Below, one piece after another: positions 37,451 through 49,625 of a DNA stretch of 64,000 nt. A program made the position numbers and the translations under genes. The stretch is from contig JANJGN010000007.1 of assembly GCA_026770705.1 (NCBI GenBank), positions 108,686,001-108,750,000 of the forward strand, in the 5' to 3' direction. Position 1 is the first letter of the stretch. Each line of letters starts with the position of its first letter. The DNA is from Isurus oxyrinchus. Lineage: Eukaryota. Below the pieces are notes generated by a model, which saw only the letters and a program-made list of their open reading frames with translations, was not told where the DNA came from and made no database searches.

Positions 37451-39372
37451 CCTCTGGAGGAGGTTGCACGGGATTGGTTCTGCAGGGGCCACGGTGGTCC
37501 TCTTGGCTAACACCGATGACATGCTGCTCATGTTTACCAACGTGGCTGACCTGCAGAGAATGCTCGAGTGCCACAATGTCTACTCTGCTGCATCCTCTGC
37601 CAAGATCAACTGCAGCGAATGTTCTGGACCCTTGGTCAGTCAGTGGCAGATGGATCCCCTACCCGAGGAGCTTAGACTTTCACCTGGAGCAGGACCTGCC
37701 TCTTGTGGCTGGGGGTCCACCTCTGCCTTGCTGAGGAATCCTGGCCGGCAAACTGGCAGGAGCTGGGGACTAAAGGTGCCACTTACCTGCAGCGCTAGAC
37801 AGGACTGCTCCAAGTGCGGTCTTACTGTGGCCGAATTCTGGTCATAAACCAGTTGATTGCTACCATGCTGAGGTACCAGTGGGTCACTTTGACCCCTACT
37901 CTGGACTTTGTCACAAACATCCAGAGAATGCTCATCAACATCATCTGGGACAAAAGGCTGTTCTGGGTCGCTGCTGAGATTCTGAGTCTCCCGCTTAGAG
38001 ATGACACTCAGGCGCCGTTGTGCCTGCGACTTTCCACCTTCAGGCCATGCAGCGGTACCTTTACATTGAGCTCCCACCGAGATAGTGTGCCAAGGCGACG
38101 TATTTGGTACTCCAGCTTCATGGCCTGGAATATGATGTGCAGCTCCTGTTTGTAGACCTGAGGGGCCTTCGTGGCTCCTTCCAGGTGTTGCCTGTCAATT
38201 ATCAGGGCCTCATTAAAGTCTGGAACGTAGTCGTCTCACCACGCAGCACTCCACCATCAGAAATAGCGGCTATCATCAGAGAGCCGCTGTTGAGGGATCC
38301 ATTCCCGCTTCCATTTCAGTGGCTGGGAGAGAGGAGGGCATTGGCTGCCATGGTCACCAGGTTTGGGGATGTGCTGGTGGAATGGGCTGGATGCTACAGG
38401 AGGAGTTGGCGCATCTTGCACCTGTCGATGTCCGGCTCATGGCCAATACTATTCATGACCTTAAGTCGTTCTTGCTCTACCCCGACATCGTCCTTGGTCT
38501 CAAGGTGATGCTGCTACATGTTGGTCTTCTGTCTGAGCTTACCTTTGTTTCCAAGCAATCCCACATAGCCCCAAGCCCAGAACCCTCCCTCAGGAGCCAG
38601 CGCACCGCAACCTCAGTCGACTCGCAGAAATGCCCTCCATGTCCTTTAGCACAGCGTGCAGGGTTTACTGTATGGGCTGCTGCTGCACACTCTTCACTTC
38701 CTTGCCCTCACTCGCTGCCCAGACATGCCTTGGCATCCCTTGTTGCTGTTGCATAGCGGAGGTCCACAGTGGGGTGTCCTCTACAGGGGTGTCCTCCCAC
38801 TTTCTATCAGGGAACTGGGGTGGAGATTGTGGCACGCAGCAGTCCCATACATCTGTAGGTTCTGTCGATACCTGCATCTTTTGCAGCCTTGTGGAGTCCA
38901 TGGACTATGTTTATATAAGATGTTGTAGGCTGCACTTCCGTTTCAGTTTCCTGAAAAACATTTTGTTGATGTTTTGTTTGCACTTTAGTCCCAGGCTCCT
39001 GATTTATGGGCACCCGGTTCAGAGGGGGACCTGGACGGAGGAGGACCTCCTCATGAACCTGCTTTGGGCCTGGCCATTAACAGATCCAGACAATGGGCGG
39101 TCAAGGGGGTCATCCAACCTGAATGTCCTTCTTCCATGGCTATGCCCGCAGCTGGTGTCCCTGGAGAGGGAGTATGCAATGTCTGCCGGCACCATTCTTG
39201 TAGGGCAACGCAGGGACTGGGGTATTTTATTGACGCCCCTAAGTCACATTTTGGTTTAATGTTTGTAAGTTTCCTTTAAATTTTGCCTTTTTTAACAGTC
39301 TTCCTAATTTAGGGGCTGGGTTTATTTTGTCCCTCATTTTGTTAATTTAGTTTAATTGGTTGACTCCAAACA
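37451..39372 (+). mobile_element. Old 5'-truncated Tx1 copy B
   Basis: Colinear with 22590-24570 (degenerate YADD read as ANTDD); tail TTGGTTGACTCCAAAC. Confidence 0.9.
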
Positions 39373-42300
39373 AGTTATTTCTCCCTGATTGGTCTCAGAA
39401 GCATCTCGTTGCTACTGCAGGTTTCGTTTGTTGCTTCCTGTGGTTCTGGCTGCTGTTTTGTTGCTGCTCTGAGATTTCCTTCTGGTTGTTCCCACTGCTT
39501 TTTTTCTGTGTCTGTCCCTGGATGCTATGGGCTTTCCTTATGGCTGTTCCTACTGTGTTATTCCTGTAGCTCTATTTCTGTAGCTTTATTTCTGCTGCTG
39601 TTCTTGCAAGGCCAGAGACATGAAGAATTGGAGGAGAGAGGGGGAGAGAGAGGAAGTGCTGCAAGGCAGAGAGACAGACAAGGTGCTGCAAGGCAGGGAT
39701 GCCAGGAAGCAAGGAGTTTTTCATTACACCTGGGGTAGGTGTGTAGACTTCTGTTTGGTCAGGTCTGTGAAAATCGTGGTACTCTGCAGGTGGAGGAAGA
39801 AGAATGTGAAGTGACCCGCGGAGAAGGGGTGTTTGCATGTGTGTGCATTTAAGATCTTGCACCACTCTCTTACCCTTCTTGCCCTGCCCGTTACCAAGTC
39901 CAGGTAGCAGGTGCTGCCTGCTGAACATGGACGGACCTGACTTCCATTTGCCAGGCAGTACCCGCTGTATAGTGAAGACATTGCCCTCCCCCTATGGGAA
40001 GGACAGCTAAGCCACCACCACCCCGCTCCACTCCACTCAGCGACACCTGCCCACCCTGCACCCATTACCCCTCCCCTTCTTTGCCACTCTAACTTTTCCC
40101 CTCTCTCTCTCCTCCCCTTCCACTTTTCTAAACCATCAGGATGGAGATTGTAATGTTTTGCCATCTTCCCCTCTATTAACGCTGTTGCCACCAACAACAG
40201 GGCTCAGGGCGGGTGTGACTCATCCCTTAATGGCTGCCGTGAGGTCACTGGTTGCCGGGCTCTCTGGGGCAGCTGTGCAGGTGGCTATATCACCAGTGGT
40301 GGGGCCCGCCAAGAAGATCTATGCGGGAGTGACTGTTTCGGTGGCCTCCATTACTCCCGCGGCCCCATCACCATTCCGCCTCCTGACCAGGGCCATGGAG
40401 GTAATGGGTTGCATTCACCCTGAGATGACTGTGGAAACATGTGTGAAGGCTTTGGCCGGGGTTGTCAGCCCTTCGGCCATTGTTGTGCCTGCACCCATGT
40501 ATGGGAATGTGCTGTTCTTCCTGAGGCCATAGTGGGCGGTACACCTGGCCCTGGCCAAGGGGTTCACTGTTGGCAGGACCTATCTGGCGTTGGATCCCCT
40601 TGAGGCCAATCTGGAGAGGCTGGCCTTACTCAGCGCCCCATCATTCATTCCCGGTGAGCTCCTCCTTTCCCACCTTCACAACTTAGGGAGGACAGGTCTG
40701 GGGTGGTGCCGATCCCTCAACCTCAGGGAACACAGTCTCCAGCACATGTGCTCCTTTAGAATCAGGGCTTTCTTCACCTGGCCCAGGAGAAGTGTGCAGA
40801 GGGGCGTTTGGATGTCACCTTTGAGGGGGCCGCATCCCATGACTTCCAGTTGGCAGATGGCGTGTGGTACCATGCTTGCAAGTCTGACAGGGCTGCCCCA
40901 TCCCAAAGGCCATCAGCACCACCCAGGCAGCCACAGCTATCACCACCTCTCCTCCACGCGCCACCATGCCATTTTGCTCCCCGCAAGGTTGACCTTGAAG
41001 AAGCAGACCCCCTGATTCCCCAGAATCCCAAAAACCTCTCTGAACCAAGAACACTGATGATACCAGCTTGGGGGGAAATAAATCATTTGGCCCTGGCGTC
41101 ATGTCCGCACATGCTCCCGGGCCTGTGTGCACCTGAACACCATCTTCTGCACCCAGCATCATCCCTGCACGGATTCCCAGGTCTGGCGGCAATGGGACTG
41201 GTGGCCTCAAGGTGGTGGTCTTGTCAAAAAGGGTGGACGTGCCAAAACCCTGGAATTTGGAGCATCCAGGAGGGCTTGGTGACGCGATAGGGTCCTAAGC
41301 TCGCAGCCTACCCCAGAAGAGATGTCACCCCTCAGAGAGGGAGGATCTTCTGACTCATGAGATTGAACATTTCCCCACCCCAGTGAAGAGGTTGTGGCAT
41401 TTCCAGCCCAAAAGTCCTTGCCCTGTCCTCTGGGGGAGTCAAAACCTCCATTCCTTCACTGCGCTCCCCTGAGGGCCCCTTCGGGGTTGGTGAGGGTACC
41501 GCCTTCACCGTGATGCCCTACCCCAACCCACCTTGTACCCATGAGAAGCCATATGGCCTGCCAGGCGAAGAGGAGGGCCTCCCTGCTCCATCTCAGCCCC
41601 TGGAGCCGGATGCTACAGTTCTGCGCCCGGAACTTGTTCCAGATTTGCTTGTTGACCCGGTGCCTGAGGCGGAGCGAGTCTCTGAACTGCTGCCACCCTC
41701 TGACCTGGAAACCTGAGAGGAAACCAGAGATGATCCCTCTGCCTTTGATTTTGGAGGTGGGATCGAAGCAGAGGTAGAGCCAGCTGGCAGCTCCAAATCA
41801 GCCGCTGCACCCCATGGTGTGGTCAGAAACTGGAGGCAACGACCCAGAAGATGATGGGTGCTGATACCGAGAACCGCCAACGACCTTGTTAGTTGGAGCC
41901 AGGTGAGGTGATGCGGGCTTTGGTGTCTGCTGTTGACTCCCCCTCTTCCCCATTGGGGAAATTTGGGGTTCTTTGGTGATTAATCTCATCCGCTGAGGCA
42001 GGATCTAGTTGGCCTTGGGCCAGTGGCATTCGTGTATGTTGGTGTTCTGGCTAATCTGCCAGGCCCTAAAAGCCCCTGAGTTGGACTGGAATACCGGCAA
42101 AGGGTCCTTGCATTTCTCACGGGGCTCCTGAAGGAGAGGGAAACTTAAAAAAGTCCTCCCCTTCTTGCACTTATTGAGGGGTGATGGTAGCACATATTAG
42201 TGATAATGAAGGCTACCATAGCTAGCCTGAACCCCAATGGCAGCAGGGACACACAGCACAGGTTCCAGAATGTCTCAGTTCTCAGGGACAGGATATATGC

Positions 42301-44495
42301 GGCATTCTTCCTGAAGGAAACCCATACTGTTTCGAGAGAAAAAGCTACCTGGCTCCTGTCGTGGTGAGGGGGTGTGTACATGCGTCACCTAGCATTCAAT
42401 TCTGGTGGGGTGGCTATCTTGTTGGCCCCATATTTTCAGCTGGAGATCATGGTTGTCAAGGAGCCAGTGCTAGGCCAGTTGCTGCACATTACTGTGCACT
42501 TCGAGGGCACGGCACTTCACATTGTGAATGTGTATGCTCCCCTGAGCGCACAGCAGCAAGCGAGCTTTTGTGAGGAAGTGTCCACTCATCAGTGCTCCAT
42601 CAATGTGGGTGTGTGCATAGCCCTCAGGGGGTGGTGGGGGGGGGGGTGGTTTCAACTGTACCCTCAAGGCCCAGGACAGTCACAGTGCCCAGCACTGTAT
42701 GGTAGTGTGAGTAAATTGTGGGACATAATTGGGCCCTTCGACTTGCTAGGCGTCTGGCGACATATCCATTCTGACTCCAGCCTTTTCACATTCATTCCAC
42801 CTGGAGTCAGAGTGTCCAAACCCGACCACCTTTCCATTCCCAAGGCGTTCGTGCCCTGAAATCCTATGGCCTCTATGCAGCAGGTGCCATGCATGGACCA
42901 CTGTCTGATGTGCGTGGAGCTTGTTCAAATCTGTGCTTGGATGGGGTCCAATGGTACTTCAACAACCTGCTGCTGGAGGACCAGAGGTTCCTGGACTCAT
43001 TCCGTCGTTGTTGGGTCGGCTGGAGAAGGAAGCTGGGAGGCTTCCCCTCCTTAAGTCTATGGTAGGACATGAGCAAGGCTCACATCCACATCTTCTGTCA
43101 GGAGTACGCGAGGGTGTTGACAAAGAGGTCGAAATCCAGGTTCGAGGAGTTGGAGAAAGAGGTGCTTGACCTGGAGGCACATATTTGTTATCTCCATGCA
43201 GACCCGGCCCTGTGGCTGGCGTACGAAGAGAAGAAGGGCGCGCTGTGGGAACTGCAACTCATCAGATCACAGTGCCTATGTGAGGTCGCGGATTTGGTTC
43301 CTCTGGGACCTGGACCACGTTTCCCTCTTCTACATGTTGGAAACAAGGTGCGGCGTCCATCAGCAGCTCCTTGGACTTCTGCCCGATGACAGACCCCTTG
43401 CCTCAGATCCGGATGGCATCAGGGCCATCGCCTGAGACTATTACACTGCCCTTTACTCTCCGGGTCTGTCCAGCTAGGATGTTCACAGACTTTTGTGGGA
43501 GGACGTGCCACAGGGTGCTGGACAGGACTGCACTGAGTGCTGTCTTACTGGGGTCGAGTCCTGCTCATAAACTAGCTGATTGCCACCATGTTGTGGTACC
43601 GACTGGTTACTTTGATCCTACTGCCAGACTTTGTCATAAAAATCTAAAGAATGCTCGCCAGCCTCTTCTGGGACAAAAGGCTGCACTGGGTCACTGCTGA
43701 GGCTCTGAATCTCCCAATTAGGGAGGTGGTCAGTCGCTTGTGTGCCTATGCACCCAGGTTGTGACCTTCCACCTTCAGGACCTGCAGCAATGCCTTTATG
43801 TCAAACCCTCTCCAAGATGGTGTGCCCTGGCAACATAATTCTTCTGCTAGGTGCATGGCCTGAATTATGACATGCAACTCCTGTTGTAGGCCTAAGCAGC
43901 TTTCGTGGCTCCTTGCAGGTCCTGCCCATCTTTTACCTGGACCTGATCAAAGTCTGGAACATGGCCACCTCTCAAGGCAGCTCTCTGCTGCCAGAGCGAG
44001 AGCCACTGCTCACTAATCTGCCACTCTGCATTTTTTCGTGGCTGGTAGAGAGGAGGGCTGTGGCTGTCAGGATGACTAGGGTCGGGGGCATGAAGGTTGG
44101 CAGAGAAGGGTGCTGGATGCTGCCACAAGAGTTGGCGCATTGCGTGTCCATTGATGTCCGGCTCATGGCTAATGCCATTCATGAACTTAGGACAGTCGTG
44201 CTCAGCACCGATATCATTCTGGGTCACGAGGTGGTGCAGGTGCATGGTGGTCTTCTGTCTGAGATACCCCTGTTCGGATGGAATTCCACATTAGCCCCAA
44301 GACCCAAACCCTCCCTCGGAAGCCAGTGCACCAAAACCTGTGTTGCCTCATGGAATTGTTGTGTGTCCTTTAGCATGGCATAGAGGGGCTTCCTGCATGG
44401 GCTGCTGCATACCTTTCACTTTCCTGCCCTCTCCCAGTGCCTGGACACACCCTGGCATGCCTTGCTGTCATCCAGCATCAGAGGCCCCGAGTGGG
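39373..44495 (+). mobile_element. Old Tx1 copy C: 5' UTR, ORF1 and APE present; RT core deleted; 3' end lost
   Basis: ORF1 remnant (SPFRLLTRAMEVMGCIHPEMTVETCVKALAGVV) at ~40230-42150; ORF2 from ~42207. At ~43513 sequence equivalent to ~21877 is joined to ~22934. Confidence 0.9.
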
Positions 44496-44499
44496 AGTG

Positions 44500-45800
44500 A
44501 CTTCCTGGACCAAAGTTTTCATGGCGGCCACAATCCTGCCAATGTTGTTATCAGGCCATTGCTATGCTTGCGCTATGATGTCAGCTTGAAGACGGACTGA
44601 CTCCTCTATCATCCTTGCAATCTGAGAAGTGCAGTGGACATCACATCCTGTTGTTCCCTAGCTTGCCTTTGCAGCTACAGCGACTGGGACATGACTAATT
44701 CCAGATGCTCATCATCTGGGCCATTTTGGCCTCCAGCAGTCCGCCGAGTGTCTGGGACCTGGGAAGTCCCTGCCTCTGTCTGCTCCGGATCAAACAGTAC
44801 GATGTGCTCACCAGATTGTGATCCTGAGGCTGCATAAAGCTATGTCCCACTGAGATGTGTCTGTGTGCTGTTGAAGGGCTTGGGTGAGCATTGTGGCGGG
44901 CCTTCAGGGAGGGTGCCTTCAGATTCCTTTTCAGGGGTTTCTTCGGGGCTTTCTTGGAGACCCTGGGTCATGGACTCCGTTGGCTGCTTCCTAGATGTGC
45001 CTGCAAAAGCAAGGGGACTTAATTATTGCATGACAGTGGCTTGTAAAAGAGGACACATCACTCATGGCATGGTTGTCTGATGGATGTTGCACTACTGGAT
45101 CCTCACTTGGTAGAGCAGCACCTACCTCACTGTCAGCACAGTGCCAGTCCCGGTCATTGCCAGTCTGCTGGATAGCTCTGCTTTCAAATTCTATGAGAAC
45201 CTGAATTCCAACATCCTTCTGCCTGTCTGCGACCTTTCCCTCCTGTTGTGAGTTAGTTTGTCCTGCATAGATAAGAGATGGGGAGAGTGTCAGGACACCT
45301 ACCATGGCAAGACTATAATATGCCTGGCCTGAGTGGATGATGACTGGTTCCATGGATGGGATGAGAACAATGACAGTGTGTGTGAAAGAATGAGTGGTCA
45401 TTCCCCTTGCACTGGCAGTGAGTGAGAGTTCTGTGGGTGTGTGATGGGTGTGTGAGTGAAAGAGTTATGATTGATGAAAAGAGTGACGTGCCCTGGCGGA
45501 ACGGAAGAGGTCATTCATCCTTTTGTGGCACAGGGTGACTGTCCTCCTCTGCAGGGCGTTTCCACTGACCACTGTTGCGAACATCTCCCAAACCAGATTG
45601 GTAACAATGCCACGCATCCTGCGGCCAGAGCGGGGGCAGAGCACATCAAGGGGGGCCTCCACGGCATCGAACATCGCTTTTGGGACCCATCATTGAATTG
45701 AGGGGCTGCATCTTTTTTCCGTTTCTGGCCGTGTCTACCAGGCAGTGGTAGTGAGCTGGTGGCAATGAGCACTTTGCTGGCGGCTGCCTTTTAAAGCTGG
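44500..45800 (-). pseudogene. Harbinger Myb/SANT-like gene remnant
   Basis: KKDAAPQFND...LDVLCPRSGRR..TNLVWEMFATVVSGNALQRRTVTLCHKRMNDLFRSAR. Confidence 0.75.
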
Positions 45801-46707
45801 CGGCTGGGGTGATGGCGAGCGGGCGCATGAGAGCCTGCCTGTCATCGAAATAGCGTGTCTCGTGGGATTAAATATATAATGAGGTTCGCTCAGGAAGAAA
45901 AAGCGCGAATTCCCGTCATTTTCATCAGCGGGTAGGACTCCATTTTACGCGCCCGCTACTGTATTAGTTCAATTCTGGAAAAATTCAACCCAATGTATAT
46001 AACAGAGTTGTAAATTAAATAGTGTGATGGGGACTCAGGTAGGAATGGAAATTCCAGTCTCGATCACGTGCTTGTACTCTATTAGTTATCATCAACTACA
46101 ACTTACCTCAGCATTTCCGGCTCCAGAGTGGTTACACAAACAGATCGGGTCCATCTGTCAATTTCTATAGACTGACCCCATTTTAGAAAGTGCATGGCTA
46201 TGCATACCAGCTGTGATGACACTCAGGGAGTAAATAGTCTTAGTGATGAAAATTCCACCACTGGGGTGATTTAACAGACATGCTGTGGCATGAGATAGTA
46301 TGGAAAATAGTGAACAGGAAAATAATTCTGAAAGTAGGTTTTCATCAAGTATGTTTCAGAATTGAAAGCGGCTTTTCTTTTTGCATATATTATAGGTTGA
46401 TCAGATATTCATTAACTTTTAGTATCAGGTCAGTATTCCAAAATAAGAAGTAGCAAAAACTTCTGAGGGACTATTTAATGCAACCAATAAACTGGTGTGA
46501 CTTGCTGTGCTGTACTTCATCATTTATACATTTTCTAAACAAAGGAGTTAATTATATTTTTATCATATTTTACCTCAATTACCATAACAGTATCAGACAG
46601 AAGTACATATTTGGAACACAGTAATATAATAACAAATAATATTTGGTGCAGGATAACAGTATAAATAACTTACAACTGACAGTCACTGGAATATGAAATT
46701 AATAAAA

Positions 46708-47050
46708 TAGAATCATAGAAATTGTATAACATGGAAGGAGGGCATTTGGCCCAATTTCTCTGTGTCAGTCGATGAAAAGCTGTCCAGTGTAACCACATCT
46801 TCCTGCACTTGCTCTGTAGCCCTACAGGTCATGGCTCTTGAAGTAAACACGCAAATACTTTTTAAACATGCTGAAGGTTTCTGCATCTACCACTCTATCA
46901 GGCAGAGTGTTCCAGGGCCCTTCAAACCTCTAGGTGGAAAAATGTTTCCTCACCTCCCTCCTAATCCTCCCAGTAATTACTTTAAATCCATGCTCCCTGG
47001 TTTTTGATCCCTTTGCTAAGGTGAATAGATTGTCCCTGTTTACTCCAACT
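46708..47050 (-). mobile_element. CR1 3' fragment
   Basis: tagaatcatagaaattgtataacatggaaggagggcatttggccc, the reverse-complemented terminus. Confidence 0.75.
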
Positions 47051-48088
47051 AGGTTTACAATGATTTTAAATATTACTTGGTTATCTCTCAACTGCTACCA
47101 CTTTTAGGTTATAGCCTGATATACATAACAATAAAAGCATTTGCATAGTGTAAATTTAGAAAAGGATCAAAAGTGCAATTTGCTGAAGTATTGATAGAAA
47201 TTCATAACTGAAATTGGATATACAATGGAGTATTGCAATCTAGAAATAAATGATACATAATTCTGGACAACAGAATCGAATGAGTATTAGAATTCTGCGT
47301 ACAAGATATGAATGGGAATTGTTACTCAATCCACCGATTGTGAAAGGGAATTAAAATTCTACGTCATGTATTCAGTTAGGGCACTGAAATGTTATGAGAT
47401 GTACAGTACCTGAAAAAGCAGTTAAATAAGGAGCCAATAAACTGTAATATAATAGAAGGACGTGGACACTAAAATTCTAAAATGCTAAAAATTGGACATG
47501 TAAAATGGGGTGTTGATTCCCGATCAACCATTTAATATGAACACACTAATTCCATATTACCCAATTCAGGTGCAAATACGCCCCTGAATTCCGTGGAAAG
47601 GGTATGAATGGAGACTGAACTTTTATATTCTGGCTGTCAATGGGTGGGCTCAAATTCTGTGTGCTGGATATGAATGAGGCAATTTATTCTATAAACTTGA
47701 AGTGATTAGACACATAAATTCCAGTGTATGTGTGGCTGGAGCACTGTAATGGAGTTAAATGTATTTATCACACTTTCCAATATGTGGGACTCCTTCAGAA
47801 ATTAATTCGCTCACAACGATCCCCACTGAAGTATGAACACCCCACCGAAGACCCTGTCAAAACAAAGAAAAGTGATCAGCGATAAAAAAAATTATCAATT
47901 CAGAAATATTAATTCACAGAACAGAAATAATGTTTTAGTGAGTTATCAAGTAGAGATAAATGCTGTCATTTTATGACCTTGAGTCTTGCTGGAATTCCCT
48001 TGTGACTCCATTATGAAGAAAACAATGAAGGTGTTCTTTAAAGAGAACCACGGATTCTTATGAGATATTTTTCAGGTTTGTTTTCCCA

Positions 48089-48294
48089 CTAACAGGCACA
48101 CGTGGGGTCCCTGTATCTCTTATGGTGTTTCTTGCGCTTTGGTGCAGTTTCCTTAACTTTTTCTACTCTGCTTGGATTCCTTGATGGCATCTGAGTATTG
48201 TCTTCTTTTACTCCTTGTTCATTGCATTTGGGATTTTGTGTCATTCGCACAGAGCAACGAATGCATTGCCTCTTTTGAATGTTGTTTTCACCAG
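48089..48294 (-). CDS. Candidate terminal cytoplasmic exon of gene 2
   Basis: Strong acceptor ctgtttttcttccag|CT, phase 1. Encodes AGENNIQKRQCIRCSVRM...KETAPKRKKHHKRYRDPTCAC*. Non-repetitive hydrophilic ORF; minus-strand AATAAA at 47683-47688. Confidence 0.5.
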
Positions 48295-48859
48295 CTGGAA
48301 GAAAAACAGCATGACATATAAGGGACAGAAGATGCTGGAACACCTCAGATGTGTCAGCAACTTTATTGCCTGGAGTGGCATTTTGAAACATGATGACCAT
48401 GGAGATTTGTGATTCTCAAAGTATTGAATGAACCAATTTCATAAGAAGTCACACATTTATGTAGTACTTTTAAAATGTAGTCGCCATTGTACCATAAGAA
48501 ACAATGAATTTTCCAACAGCATTGCCCATGGACAGAAATTGAGATAATGATGAGTTTACCTGTTTTAGTGATGTTTGTTGAGGCCCACAACTCTTTGCAT
48601 TTAACTATGGTACCACATGCGATAACCAATTTGTCATAAAGCCCCAAACAAGTGAACCAATCCTTAAAATGATGGATAATCCACACAGAATATGAAATTG
48701 AAATACTGTTGCAGGAGAGATGATGTAAAACCACAATAGTCTGAAAGCATATTGTAAGCTACATAATCTAGCCAATGTGTACCTTAATCTACAAACCAGA
48801 TGACAACATTTTAGGTTCTAAAGGGGAGGAACATTTTTATTTTCCATTCAGATGTAGGA

Positions 48860-49625
48860 TGATCAGTGGCAAGTAACATTGATGCCAGACAAATGCCAGG
48901 CAATGACCACCTCCAAGAAGAGAAAATATAACCAAATCCCTTTGACATTCAACAGCATTAACAGTACTGAATTCTCTAACATCAACACCCTGAGGGTAAC
49001 TATTGACCAGAAACTGAACTGGACCAGCCATATAAATACTATAGCTATAAGAGCAGGAGAGAAGCTGGGAAGTCTCTGACAAGTAACTCACCTCTTGATT
49101 CCCCATAGCCTGTTCATCATCTACAAGGCATAAATCATCTGTAAGATGGAATATTCTCCACTTGCCTGGATGAATGCAGCTCCATCTTTGCTTAGGAACT
49201 CATCCAGGACCAAGAAACCCACTTGCTGGCTCCCGTCCACGACCATAAACATTTACTCCCTCCAGCACCGACACACACTGGCAGCTGTGTGTACCACTTT
49301 CAAGATGTACTGCAGAAACTCGACAACACCTTCCAAACCCACAACTTCAAGAAAGTGTAAGGACAAGGGCAGCAGAGGCATAAGAAACCACCACCTGGAA
49401 TTTCAACTCCAAGCTACACACCGTTCTGAAATAAATTGCTGTTTCTTCGTTGTCCTTGGGCCAGGAAACTGAAACTCCTTTCCTATCGGCCTAGTGGGTG
49501 TGCCTACATCAGATGCACTGCATTGGATCAAGAAGGCAGTTCACCAACTCATCTCAAGGGCAACTGCAGACAGGCAACAAAAGCTGGTCTTGCCAGTGAT
49601 GCTCACATCCCATGAAAGGATAAAA
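48860..49625 (+). mobile_element. LINE family B 3' fragment
   Basis: TLRVTIDQKLNWTSHINT; same tail as the other copies. Confidence 0.85.

Larger units (their letters stand above)
32919..45991 (+). mobile_element. Decayed Harbinger transposon 2 whose interior is occupied by a Tx1 array
   Basis: Left end GAGTAGAATTTTCC, right end GGAAAAATTCAACCC, both flanked by AAT. Transposase near the left end, Myb-like gene near the right end, convergent. Confidence 0.55.
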
